From Amoebidium appalachense (Eukaryota > Protista > Ichthyosporea), in assembly GCA_963693365.1 (NCBI GenBank), contig CAVNZM010000006.1, positions 6,737,264-6,801,263 of the forward strand: 64,000 nt of DNA. Direction: 5' to 3'. Every line of letters begins with the position of its first letter. Position 1 is the stretch's first letter. The notes beneath the pieces were generated by a model. It worked only from the letters and a program-made list of their open reading frames with translations. It had not been told where the DNA came from and ran no database searches. Positions 1 through 17,037 of this stretch are shown here, piece after piece. A program made the translations under genes and the position numbers.

Positions 1-81
1 GGAGAAGGGGGGGGGGGGGGGGGGGGGGGGTGGCGGTGGTGGTGTTGGTCTGCATGTGTGTACCCTCGGCGCTTTTGTGGG

Positions 82-160
<79 letters not shown>

Positions 161-295
161 GTGAGTGTGTGTGTGTGTGCGCCCGCGCGCATGCGCGTGC
201 ATTCGTGTCTGTCTTTCTGTGTGTGCGTGTGTGCCCCCCCCCCCCCCCCCCCCCCCCCTCACAATGTGCATGATGGTATGTGTGTATCTGGGAGA

Positions 296-615
296 GGTTA
301 CAGAGTACGAAGTACACACTCACGACAGGCAACACAATCCACATTTGATCCGGATTCTAAATAAAGCGTACACACAAAAGACTAATGCACCATAGGCAGC
401 GCCCATCCTCAGGTAAAGACCTAAGTTTTCGGGGGGGGGAGGGAGGGCAGGGAAGGGGAAGGGGGAAGAGGAAGGGGGGGATGGTTTAAATGCGGATCAC
501 GGTACGATTTACAACTACACGATGAGAAACACGGTGCAGGACACATGAAAAGGCAACCATTTCTGTATGCACCAACAGCAACACGCGCAGTATGCAACAT
601 AGACAAAACCCATCA
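296..615 (-). repeat. Two diverged copies of the intronic element (296-425 subfamily 2; 483-615 subfamily 1) in an MFSD8 intron
   Basis: GAGTACGAAGTACAC...GCAGCGCCCATCCTCAGG, and AATGCGGATCACGGTACG...CACGATGAGAAACACGGTGCAGGACACATG. Confidence 0.75.
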
Positions 616-672
616 ACCGGTGGGGGGAGAGAGGGGGGAGGGGGGGGGGGGGGTGGTGGTTTGGCTACAAAC

Positions 673-1052
673 CTCTGCCAAGTACGAGTAAACGGTCGAC
701 AGAAGGATCGAGAATCCAATGGAACTCAGAAAGAAGGTAAGAAGCATGAAGTGGATCGACCGCCACCGTGCATGCCGGTCCTCCCTGAATGAAAAGACAC
801 GTCATAAATTAGCCTAGTATGGAAAGCAGAGGGAATGGGTGCATCCAATTGGCCAATTATCAGAACCCTAGGCAGATGCAACCCAAACCCCCCCCCCCCT
901 CCACAATCCACTCCCATTCCCATCTCCCCCTCCCCCCTCCCTCTTGTCTCCTTGATTCTGCGTGCCCCCTTCCCCCATCTCCTCTCCGCCCAAACAACTC
1001 TCCACGCCCTCTTTGTTATACAACCCCCGACCAACCCCCCCCCCCCCCCCCC

Positions 1053-1084
<32 letters not shown>

Positions 1085-1469
1085 ACCACCCCCTCCCGTC
1101 TCTTTCCCTCTTTCCTCTGTCGCCCCCACTTCCCCTCTTTGCGCAAACTGAATCTTGGAAGAAGCCCTTAAGTGAGAAAGGGAAAAGGGGAAGAGAAAAA
1201 GGCGCAGAGGTGAGAGAACACGTGAACCGGGGGAGAGGAGGGGAAAGAAGTGAGGGGGAGGGGGGGTTGAAAGGGGAGGAGGGGGTTATAGGGGAGCGTG
1301 AGGGGGAAAGAGGGGGGGGGGGGGGGGGGGGGAGGAGAGCGGGGGGAGGAGGGGGGGGGGGGGGGGTTGCATACGGTGATTCGTGAATGCCAGCAAGCAG
1401 AGGGGTGGCCTCGGACACGGCCGGGGGCTGTGTGGGGCCCAAATCATCTTCACTGCTGGACCCGGCCAT
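673..1469 (-). CDS. MFSD8: MFSD8/CLN7-like lysosomal MFS transporter, first two coding exons (gene continues beyond the left edge)
   Basis: Exons 1469-1375 and 784-673 join in phase 2 with GT-AG ends. They give MAGSSSEDDLGPTQPPAVSEATPLLAGIHESPEDRHARWRSIHFMLLTFFLSSIGFSILLSTVYSYLAE. This has an acidic dileucine signal (EATPLL) and the RWRSI...TxFLSSxGFS TM1 pattern I recall for MFSD8. An acceptor at 1483-1485 preceded by (AC)n implies an upstream, probably UTR, exon. Confidence 0.8.
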
Positions 1470-1498
1470 GTCTTCAATGCCCCTGCAGATAGGAGGGT

Positions 1499-1605
<107 letters not shown>

Positions 1606-1713
1606 GAGGGGGAAGAGGGGGTGGGCTGGCGGGAAGGGCGGGGGGGGGGGGGGGGGGGGAGAGGAGGGGGTTTAACTCGGAAAGGGAGGGAAGGAGAGAG
1701 CTAAACTTTTTTT

Positions 1714-1757
<44 letters not shown>

Positions 1758-1941
1758 GAAAGAGACGATGTAAAACTCCTGGACCAGACAGATTGGTACT
1801 AGTGCAGCAGAGGTACAAATAGCAGCACATGATTCTACCCACCAGCCCATTTGGTCCAAAATAACACATGCAGACCTTTCCCTGTCTTCCCTCACTATCA
1901 CACCCCCTCCCCCCCCCTCCCCCCGCCGCCCTAACACACAT

Positions 1942-1982
<41 letters not shown>

Positions 1983-2292
1983 AAAAAAGGGACGGGGTTA
2001 GAGTGGGATGGGGGTGGTGGTGTTGATAGAGCCTACAAAAGCACCTAATTAGAGCCAACCCTACTTCTCAAGGGTACCCCTCCCCCCCCCCCTCCCCCCC
2101 CCCCCCCCCCCCTTCCCCTCTCCCCCCCCTTGCCCCCGCTTTCGGGGTGAACCATACTCTTCTTCCCCAACACCACTTCAGAAATCAATAATTTGTTATA
2201 AGGAAGCCCAAAAAAATGCCTATGCCCATGTCACCAACCACCATCCTGTTAGCCTCATTGTCTTGCCTCCACCAACAAAAGAAAAAGAATGT

Positions 2293-2429
<137 letters not shown>

Positions 2430-2600
2430 CGTGCGCCTAAATAAATCAGCCCATCCCACAATGCCAGCACACACACACCTCACAAGCGGGTGACAACACA
2501 AACACACAACCACACACGAAACAGGCACACATACAGACACACACACACACACAAACACACAGACACACGCACACGCACACGTGCACAGGCGCGCACACGC

Positions 2601-2832
<232 letters not shown>

Positions 2833-3364
2833 ACATACGTGTATACACGTGTGCGCACAAACCGGGCACAAGTCCACACAACACGTCCGGGCACAGGCGC
2901 ACGCACACAACACACACACACACACACACACAAGCATACGGCACACCCACCCTAGGTACGTGTTGTACACATCCATAACCCACCCCCACCGCACCCATGC
3001 TTTGCCCCTGCCGCACAACAGTGTGAGTCCTATCAAAAAGGACACATGCTTCGCTCATACCCTCTATAGGCCAGGGAGGGGAAGGAGGGGGGGAACGAGG
3101 GGGGGGGACAAAGGCGTGGTATGTCTGTTGGGGGTGGGAGTGGGGATGGGGAGATGCAGGAAACGACCTAAACCCATTCTTTCTCCCCGCTGTGGCCAAG
3201 CCACACGATGACTCTTCCTAGTAGTGAGGAAGAGTATAGGCGGAAAAGGAGCACGAGAGGAGAGAGGGAATGCGGTGAGAGGGGGGAAGAGGCGGGGGAG
3301 GGGGGGTGCGGGGGCGGGGGACGGAAGGGGGACGAGGGAGGGTGAACGGGAAAGGGGAGGGGAA

Positions 3365-3399
<35 letters not shown>

Positions 3400-4483
3400 G
3401 GGGGGGGGTGGGGTTAAAGTGGGTTTGGAGAAAGCGAGATCTATTGCATCGCGAAACAGTCTCAGCAAACCGAGCCGACGGGGCATTGGGATGGAAAAAA
3501 TGCCACTTGGAAGGTTCAGGGGAAGAAGGAATAAGGAGAGAGAGGAAGTGCGGGGGGGAGCGGGGCGAGGGATGGAGGAGGTGTGGGGAAGGAGACCCCG
3601 CGGGGGGGGGGGGGGGGGGGGGGGGGGGGAGGATGCTCTCGCTGTACATACCTCGGTACCAGCTAGAGCAGATCTGGAATGAACAGTGTTCCCACAGCTT
3701 TTGCACTCACAAAAAAAAGAGAACAAAAACACGGGAAAGTTCGCAGTTTTAAAACGTATCAATGCTGCAAGAAGCTGAGCATGAAAAAACCAACTTTGAC
3801 GCAGGATGTATTTACAAAATGTGCTCAAAGGTTATGTCTGGCTGCAGCTCTAGGAAGCTCTTTGCTCACGACGGACCCATTACAAGCTATATGAATGTCT
3901 AAGAACTTCTTGATAAATGCGTATATATTGTGCTTCATTTATTGTGCCGATTATTTCAAGTGACAAGCACAATAACAGCAAATGTTTCTGCAGAAAAGTT
4001 TTGCTCTGTCCTCTCTGACTCAGTGAGGCTCACCACGGCAACAAAAAGACAAAAGATCTCGAGAGAACGGCTACAACCAAAGGGAAAACAAATTGATCCC
4101 GCCATTTTCCCAAATGCTGACTTTCGTTCAATCATCTGTATGTTATGGTAGCCATTTATGGTGTGTGCTTTCTGTGCATATTTGGACTGCCAGCTTTTTT
4201 GTTCAAGGGATCCATGCACAGTATTCCTACCAAAAGTTTTTTTGTGTTTTATATATGCCCTTTTGTAGTCTTCCAAACATGTACTTTTGTATGTATTACG
4301 TAGCCCGCCCTGAATCCTGACGTCTTTAGGCTATAGGTAAATGTGTGCATAAGCAACAACCCCTTAAGTACTTGATGAAGCGAAGGAGCCCCTTTTCCAT
4401 TTTTGTTTTATTTCTAACCCACACACAGACACGCTATCAGTTTAGATTTCAGTTTAGATTTTGTATTGAGGGTATCCAATACA

Positions 4484-6115
4484 ATGAACACACAAACAAA
4501 AGAAAGCGGGAGCGACTTTTTCTCCACCCCCTCCTTCACACCTGCCCCCACACATGAATCGAATCGCAAAACCTGCGAGTCCACACCCCCCTCTCAAACA
4601 AGCACCAAACCCAAGAAGTTTTGGGCTGGGAAGATAGACGGGACGTCACTCTCCCAAGCACTCAAAACGAAAACCTCCCCCCCTGTTGGCTATTATGAAA
4701 GGGGTCGCCACCTGCCCGGAGAAGGGATGTGGCTTCTCTCTACAGTTCACACATCCAACGCTGTGTGGGCACAGTTCTACACCGAGGAAGAAGGAGGGCA
4801 ATATAACTTCCGCACATACACGTGTCTGAACATGAAAACGAGGAATGGGACTTGGACAGCCCCAACAACATGCATTAGAGATTACCGGGCGGACGCGAAG
4901 CGTGGCGACGTAAGGAACATAACTAGCCTTTTTTACGTGGAGGCGTTTGGAAGAAACCCCGACGGAACCCTCGTTCTTTCCTGTCCGCAGTTTAACGGCG
5001 GCAACCCCCTACCAACAGATGGGCCCCTCCTACTTTCGCAGGTTTTTGAGCTGTTCTCTCCTCCACTTCAGTACGGGGTTAATCAGAACAAAAACCCCCC
5101 CCTCGCCGACGGGTTAGACGGACCAAAAAAATGCCCCGCCTCCCGAAGCGAACAAGAACAAGAAAAAGTGGTTGAAGATGAGGGAGGAGAAACGCCTTCG
5201 TTCCGATTCGGTGTTTAAGTACGCACGGGCTATACGCCTACGCCGTCGCTCAAGCAACATGGCAATTAAGACAGAACCTGCACGCACGCCCACGCCCAAA
5301 CCAACCCAGCGTGCAACGCCAGCTCCCACAACATTCGCGCGCACGTCGGATACACTGTCCAAAGGAAAAGCAGCTCATCCGTGGTACTCATACATTCCTC
5401 CCCTCTGGGGGCGGTGAGCAACGAATACGAAAACGAACATGAATGCTCCAGCCCTGCGAATCAAAAAGGCAGTTCTGAACAAACGGAGAAGGGGGTCACG
5501 GATGGCACGGACGCAGGGGACCAAGCGAAAGATTGCCGAAAGCGAAGACGTCTCAACAGCGAAACCCTGGTTCCTTCATCGATGTCATTGAATCCCGCCC
5601 ACCTGGCGGCAACCACCGGTGTTCTTTCCTCGGCCAAGCAACCGCTTGATGCATTGCCCGGCCAAGCTCTACAGGGAGGAATGAGTGTGTTCCCACCTGC
5701 CACCTGGGCCACACAGGTGCAAAGATTCCATAGCAACCCCCCTCCATTCCAATCGGAGCAGAACCCAGCCGCCCTCCTACCATCACGTATTTTGCCCCAT
5801 GCACCTGTGCCGGTTAGGCCTGCCATTTTACCCGACCCCCCGACACACGTTGTGGAAAAGAGCATGCAGACATTCTTCTTATATGACACGCCATCTACAA
5901 AGCGGACAAACCGAAAGGAGGTTTGTGTACAAACGGAAGCGAGCATTGAGAGGGACACGTGGGCGTCTGAACATGTTTCGGGTCTTGCGAGTGAATTGGA
6001 GGCAGAAAGGAAAGAGAATGTGTTGCTACGTAGAAGGTTGAAGAGGTTGAGGGAGGCAGTGAAGGAAATGCTCGGGAGTATTGGTTTCGTGATGCCGGAA
6101 GGTGAAGAGGAGTGA
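4484..6115 (+). CDS. Hypothetical protein: unrecognised N-terminal globular region, basic/Pro-rich linker, C-terminal coiled coil
   Basis: Three repeat-free ORFs (4466-5218, frame open 5118-5417, 5381-6115) can be joined in frame by short GT-AG introns 5042-5117 and 5414-5451 (or 5414-5472). It ends LASELEAERKENVLLRRRLKRLREAVKEML. The intron model is tentative. Confidence 0.55.
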
Positions 6116-6812
6116 GGGGGGAGGGGTTTGTTTTTGTTATGTTATGTTGAAACATATTTGAGTGACATAGATATGACCTACCTTTTTTAACGGTTTGACA
6201 TCAATGGGATATGGCCAAGGCGGTAAGGAGCAAGTTAGGGGGGAATATTGTGTGTGGGCGACACATGTACAGACCCGGGCAGAGAGGGAGGCGAAGATAA
6301 GTTGGGGGGGGGGGGGGGGGGGGGGTTGAAGTGACAATCCGTACTGAGATTGTGCTATGCTTGTGGTGTACATATGTATACTTTCTGTGCAGTGTTGATG
6401 TTACGCTACCTTAAGGGGCTCATGGTTCCTTCCTTTTGAGAGCACCCTTGAAGAAGGTAGGAAGCTACAGGGAGCGCCGAAGGATTACGCATTACTCTCA
6501 CAGCTTTCAAGGGAAAGAGGCTTGGTTGCACTCGGCTTCTAAGGGGGCCTCTAGGGTGAATGTAAATAACCGTGCTATGTTGTAATACTGGTAGTTTATA
6601 ATGCTTTATTATGTATTTCTCCATAGTTATACTACACAAGCATGAAATGTCCCGGTATTCAGAATGTTGCAAACCTTTTCTGATTGATCATAAGCATCCT
6701 CAAAAGTTCAATTTCGTGCACATGGCTCTTTCCTACATCTCTATTAGACGTGGTCCCATGTTTTGTTGTTTGTTTTTTTTCCTGGCACGCCGGCACACAG
6801 ATGGGCGGGACG

Positions 6813-7030
6813 TAGGAAGGAAACAGAAGATCCGTTTGTGGCAATGCCCTGTCACGATGTATCATCTTGTCATCAATGGTCGTGGTAGTTGCTTTTTTTG
6901 GATGATATTGTTCGATCCCCCCCCCCCTAGGAAGGAAACAGAAGATCCGTTTGTGGCAATGCCCTGTCACGATGTATCATCTTGTCATCAATGGTCGTGG
7001 TAGTTGCTTTTTTTGGATGATATTGTTCGA

Positions 7031-7080
<50 letters not shown>
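6813..7080. repeat. 115-bp tandem duplication, each copy ending in a poly-C run
   Basis: TAGGAAGGAAACAGAAGATCC...GATATTGTTCGATC(n) starts at 6813 and 6928. Confidence 0.9.
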
Positions 7081-7081
<1 letters not shown>

Positions 7082-7139
7082 CGGGCTGCTTCTGCTGCTG
7101 CTTCTGCTTCTGTTTCCGCTAGTGGTGAGGGTGGTGATG

Positions 7140-7170
<31 letters not shown>

Positions 7171-8098
7171 TATACGTGTGTGTGTTCGGCGAAGGAGGGG
7201 GGGGGGGGAGGGGGGGACGGAGGGGGTAGGGGAGGGATCCCAGGAGGGTGGGGGGGGGGGGCCGGGAGGCCGGGGGCGGGGATCCCTCCGGGAGCTCGAG
7301 CCTGGGGGGAGGCGGGGGATGCTACTCGACTCTGAAGCTGGCGTTGCTCATGCTGGTTAACATGATTTTTTGTCCATAAGGACTACGCAAAGAAAAAGCC
7401 GTGGGGGGGAAGGGGGAGAGGCGAAGAGGATGACATGTTTTTCAAAGTCTGACGGGAGGGAGGGGGGGAGCGAGGTATGGTCAAGGAGGGGGGGGAGGGG
7501 GGGGGGGGGGCGGCCCGGGGCCCGGGGGCCGGGGCCGCTGAGGGGCTCACGGCCCAACCAATCAGATTTATGATTGCGCAAACAACATATCAACAAAAGC
7601 CTTCTAAATATGGTAAGCTGCAGATCCCTGGAATATGATTGGGCTAACAAAACGATTCTGCATTCTTTCGAAATCACTTCAAAAAGTGGGTGAAAACCGT
7701 CGGAGAACGAAAAAAAATAAAATAATGATGTGGTGTCACAACATCGCTAAACGAAGTAAACGTGTGTACTTGAGCTTTGTATATGCTATATGCTTTTTTT
7801 AAAAACCCTAGGATATTGATTCCGTTCACCAAGGAAAGAGGCTCAAAAAAGCGTTTGGGAGCATGCCCGTGTGCATCATCAACTTGGCTTCTCAGCTGAC
7901 AACCTATTTACCACGGTAACACATCACTGACAAACAAGGCTTGTAACTTAGCTGGAATGCCTATACGTAAACCCACAAACCAACTCCAAAAATATACCTC
8001 AACACATTTTTCACGCCCTAACTCGCCTTCTTCTTTTTACACCCCTCACATCTAAAAGTAGCATGTTCATTTTTTTTTGAGCTTTGGTACACACACAC

Positions 8099-11700
<3,602 letters not shown>

Positions 11701-13926
11701 GTGAATGATTTGCTGAAAGGAGGGTGGGTACTTATACTGGGGATGAAAAGTGGGGGTGTGTGTGGGGGGGGGGGGGGGGGGGGGGGACGGGGGGAGGGTT
11801 TGAGGAGAAAAGGGGTTGGAAGGTGGGGTGAGGGTTGGGGGATGGGCACTTATACGAGAGGTGAAAGGGGAGGTGGGACCCAGGGTAAGGGTTGGAGAGA
11901 AAGTACTGACTTATACTTGGGCATGAAGGGCGAGGGAGTTGGTGGGAGGTGGGGGACAGAGAGGGAGAGGGGCGGAGAGGGTGATGGGCAGATGAGAGGG
12001 CGGGTGCTTATAATAATTTCAGAAGGGGAAGCAGGGAAAGGGAGGCAAGTGGGGGGAGACCCGGTTGGTACTTATACTGGGGGCATAGGGGGATGGATGG
12101 TTTGGGGGGGGGGGGGGGTACTTATACGGGTAACATTTACGGGGCTGGATAGGGGGTGAGAGGTGGAGGGTTGGTGTTTATAATGGAGGGCCACAGAAGC
12201 CACAGGAGGGGAGCGGGAGCTTGAGGGTGGGGGGATGGTTTTGAGAGGTGATGGATACTTAGACTGGACGCACCAAACGGGGGACGGGCGCCCCAGGGAA
12301 GAGGGGGGGGGGGGGGGGGGGGTGAGTAGGTGGGCACTTCTGTTTGGGGTAGAAGGGGGTTTTTTGGGGGGGGGGGGGGGTTCTTGAAGTTTTTTTCCTT
12401 TCGGGGGGAAGGGGGGGAGAGGGGGGGGAGGAGTTTTGCAGCAACGGAGATGGTTCTGAAGATTGACCCTACGGTTTAAAATGTGGTTTAACTTGTTAAA
12501 TTTAACACGCTAGACTCATTGGCTCTTGCATTGCTCGATCTGCAGGTTTCTGGAAATCTGACGGGAGGCATCGCAAAGCGGCCAAAGTCTCTCGGGACGT
12601 GGGCCAGGAGCGGGGACGGGGGGGGGGGGGGGGGGGGGGGTTGCATTTTTTTTTGGTTTACATATAGCTATCACGCGTTAGAGACGGCAAATAGGCATAA
12701 TATATCTTATTTTTAATCTAAGGCGAAACAAAACTGTTGCAACAGAAAATGATCCCCCCCCCCACCCCCCCCCCTTCCCCTTCCCCGCCCCCTCCCCGCT
12801 CCCCCCCCCCCCCCCACACACACACACACACACACGCACACGCGCACACACACCAAGGCTGGCAGCTACTGGAGGACAATCGTTCTGCTGTTCTGCTGGA
12901 TGCTATGAAGCTTCCTTTTTGCACTTCATTTACGGGGTTGACACCCTGATCTTCGGAAAGGCGAGACACTGTCTCCCTTATTATGCTGGATCCGGGTTTT
13001 AAGATTCAATTTGTCCATTTCCACGATCTATACTATTTATTTCCTTTTGGCTTGACTGAGAATGGTTTTTTTTTTTTTTGCCCCAGTGCTTGTGGGTTAT
13101 GTATAGCTATCTGTGTCTTTCGTCGCAGCATTGACAGTGCCACACCGTAATGCTGCAACACCTGTGCTTGCGGTTTTGCTAACGTACATAGCATAGGGCA
13201 AATCATGACAAAAAGTCTCCCAAAATACATATGAGTGCTGAATAATACAAAGTAGCCTTGCTAGTCAAGGATGGGTGTAGTACCGTTAGTTTGATAAGTC
13301 CTTCGGAATCTTTTGGACTCATGATAACGAAAGTGTGGTGCCCACACACCGTGGCCTCGTACAAACATGTCACCATCTGGTGAATCAAATGTAAGACTGC
13401 GGCACAGAAACCAGTCTCACGCACGAGGTGATGGGGTGGGGTGGGGGATAGTGTGGGGGGAGGAGGGTTGGGTGGTGGTAGACAGGGCAGGTGTGGGTAG
13501 AGTTTCGGGGAAGGGGGGAGGGGAGGGAGGGGCGGGGGGCGGCTCTGCAGATCACTAGCTTTCATAATTCTTGTCATGTCAACTAATTCAAAAACCTATA
13601 TAATTTATAATTACAGAACCAATGCAAACTGGAAGTCAGTGCGTGGCAAGTAAGTTTGAAATGAAATATTGCCACCATCACGTTGATCAATGCGAGAAGC
13701 AAACCATTTAACTGCACGTTTGCCCAACAGCTGGTGGCCCATCTCAGCTGATTGCAACGCCCTTGCTGCTGCAAAGACCCAGGCTATTGCTGGTTGTGGG
13801 AATAGAACATTTCCCTTAAGCCATAGCTGAAGTTCAACGAACTAATAGAGTCATTTACACCATGTATACTATGCCATGGTTAACTTGGGTGTGTGTGTGC
13901 GTGTGTGCGTGTGTGTGTGTGTGTGT

Positions 13927-13958
<32 letters not shown>

Positions 13959-14205
13959 TTGTGTCATGTGTACGTTTTGCTTGCGTGTGTGGGCACCGGT
14001 AATCACTTGAAGAGTTGGAGGTAATATTGGGGCTTTTACGCTGTTTACTCGAAAGGCCTGGCGAAGAGAGACCAGTCTCAAGCATGGGGATTTTTGCTCG
14101 GAATATCCCCTCGGCGGTATATCATGACCAGGTACATAGATGTCGGGTGATGATTATATATCAGGGTTTTTCTTACTCTATCACGGTGGCTATAATACGG
14201 TACAG

Positions 14206-14394
14206 AACGTATTTTTTTTCTTTTGACTGGATTTATTCGACGGAAAGATATGCAAGTATGCACGGCATACTGAGAAGACAATAAAAACTTCACGAGTTAT
14301 CCAGTAACAAGTGCATACTGAGATACCTGAACACTGTGAAAATCATATAAATACTCAATGTGACGACCAACAGAATTCAACAAAACGTATTTTT
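14206..14394 (-). mobile_element. Short 5'-truncated copy of the same LINE 3' end, with target-site duplication
   Basis: About 170 bp nearly identical to 26632-26817. It is flanked by the direct repeat AACGTATTTTT at 14206-14216 and 14384-14394. Confidence 0.8.
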
Positions 14395-15042
14395 GATGTT
14401 GTCCTTTCCAAAGGCTTCGAGTGCCACGTCTAGGCGGGGCTGTATCACACTACTTGCTAGTTGCATAAATATAGTTAGGTTGGGTACGCTATGATATCAG
14501 GTGACATAATATTGAAAATTCTTGTAGGCTACACTATATGACTCGGACCATTGAAGCTTCTGGGCCAGGGGGAAGACTTGCACTGTTGGTTTAGCGTATA
14601 TACACCCAAACCGTTCACATGATTCATGGATATCTCTCTGACAGACCCTTCAAATTTCTGGATCTCGCTCTCTCTCCAGGGCTATCATGCAGGGTATAAA
14701 TTATAAAGTTGACGCTCCCATGGGCTGTAGCTCCCCCCCACCCCCCCACCCCACCCCCACCCCCCCCCCACCCCCGCCTTCTCCACCCGACCCCCAACCG
14801 CCGACCCCGCCCCGGGCACACACATACACTGCCACCAACCACCACCAGCAACCACCCACCCCAGCCCAGGACCTGTTCCGAGGTATAGGATATGTTGCAA
14901 TTGGGAAAGTATTTTCTTTTCTTTTTCCTTTTTTTGGTGGTGGTGGTGGTGGTGGGGGGGGGGGGGGGGGGGGGGAGGAGGGGGGGGGGGGGGGGGGATG
15001 AGTCTGGTTTTCAATCAGGTACAAAGAGTTTCTTGATCCATT

Positions 15043-15107
<65 letters not shown>

Positions 15108-15867
15108 TTTTTTTTTTTTGGGGGGGGGGGGGGGGGAGAAGAGGGGATACGTATGTGGGTGGTTGGGGTGGAAGAAGGGGCCAAGAGGGCAGGGAAAGGG
15201 ACAGGAGGGGGGGGGGGGGGGGGGGGGGAAGGGAAGGCGGAGGAGAGGGGCAGAGGTTTCCTCAAGAGGCTGCGCGCCGGGAGGGGGGGGGGGGGGGGGG
15301 GGGGGGTAAGAGGCAGAATGAGAGAAAGTGTCCATTTTGTCTAAGATATGGGAGCGAACATTTGTGACCCACAATCAGGCCGACATTCAACGGTTACCAT
15401 TACACTTCTTGGTCCCGATGGATCCGAACCGGGCAACCAAGATCACATGTTGCAGTTTTAGGGCTGCAGAGGTCGGCGTCTTTTGCACTTGCAGCAGTGT
15501 GGCACGTGCATGCATGGTGCTTACTAATGCCGGAAAGGTTGCCCCCAAGAGTGTACGCTGAAAACAATCTCAAGAAAGCGTCTCGGGTTATGCATATGTT
15601 GTATGTTCTATACTTCCGAATCGTCCCACTGCCCCCTCCCCCCTCCCCCTCGCCCCCTCCCAACACCACCATCACCACCACCCACACACCCACCCACCCC
15701 ACCCACACACCACTCATCCCTCTTCCTCCCTCCCCCTCCTCCCACCTCCCTGTTTCAGTTAGATATCAAACTCTGTCGTTTAAATAATGCCATGAGGTGT
15801 GTAGCCCACGGCACCGGCACCAGCCCCTGCCATTGTAGGACCCCCCCCCCCCCCCCCCCGCCTTGAA

Positions 15868-15899
<32 letters not shown>

Positions 15900-16127
15900 C
15901 CCAACACACAAACACAAATGTCCCCATTTCCCCTAGGGCTCCCCCCTCCAACCCCTTCCTCACCATCCTCCCAATTGCCCCCCCCCCCCCCCCCCCCCTC
16001 CCCCCCCCACTCTTTCTCCGCCCTAGCCGGATCTGTAACCTCAGACAAATGTGCACGCACATCCGCGTATGTAGCCGTGTGCACACGCACACACACATGT
16101 GCACCACACATACACACCACATACACA

Positions 16128-16262
<135 letters not shown>

Positions 16263-16996
16263 GCGCGTGCACACACCACAAATATCCCACCACTACTTAG
16301 TCTGCCAAAGGAAGAGGAAATACTAGCAAACACCAAACTTGGCAATGCTCCGTGCCTAATACCGAGTAATGGCTTAAGGGGCAACATCACCCATAATAGA
16401 CAGAACGTTGGATGCTTCCTTGAATTGGCCGGGGGGAAGGGTGCAGATGGGGGTGTCCACATCGTGGGAAGTTCCGGGGCCCCGGGGGGGGGGGGGGGGG
16501 AGGGAGGGGAGGGGATGGGAGGGGGGAGAAGGATCCGGAGGGGGGGGGGGGGGGGGGGGGGAGGGAGCAGGGAAAGGGAAAGACGAGAAGGGAGGAAGCA
16601 GGGGAGGGGGAATGGGGGAGGGGGGGGACAGGGAGACAGCGAAAGCAAGAGAAACTTGACAGGTAGTATATGCTATTGTCACGGCGACACTCTCACGATC
16701 AGATCCAATTCTTCAGTATAAAGTCAGTATGCAATGCACAAGCCACCACAGTGACCCACAATCAAGTCTGAAATTTGTTGCCGCTTTTGTTTTGGCCCTT
16801 GTCGAACACACGGACGGGCAACGTGCCAGCCACGTACGATCACAGGTTGCAGCTTCTGTGCAGCTGCAGTGATCATGAAGTTAAACCCTTCGGACAAGGG
16901 GAAACGTTGCCCCCTCAAATTGTGAAGTGTACGCTGAATACTGACCCCCACTTGGCGTCATTGCATGTGCTCTCTCTCTCTCTCTCTCTTTCTCTT

Positions 16997-17037
<41 letters not shown>

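Noticed and set aside
6410-6551. Exon-like segment on the minus strand (TAG...AAG|GTAGCG)
   Set aside because: I found no recognisable homology and no partner exons.
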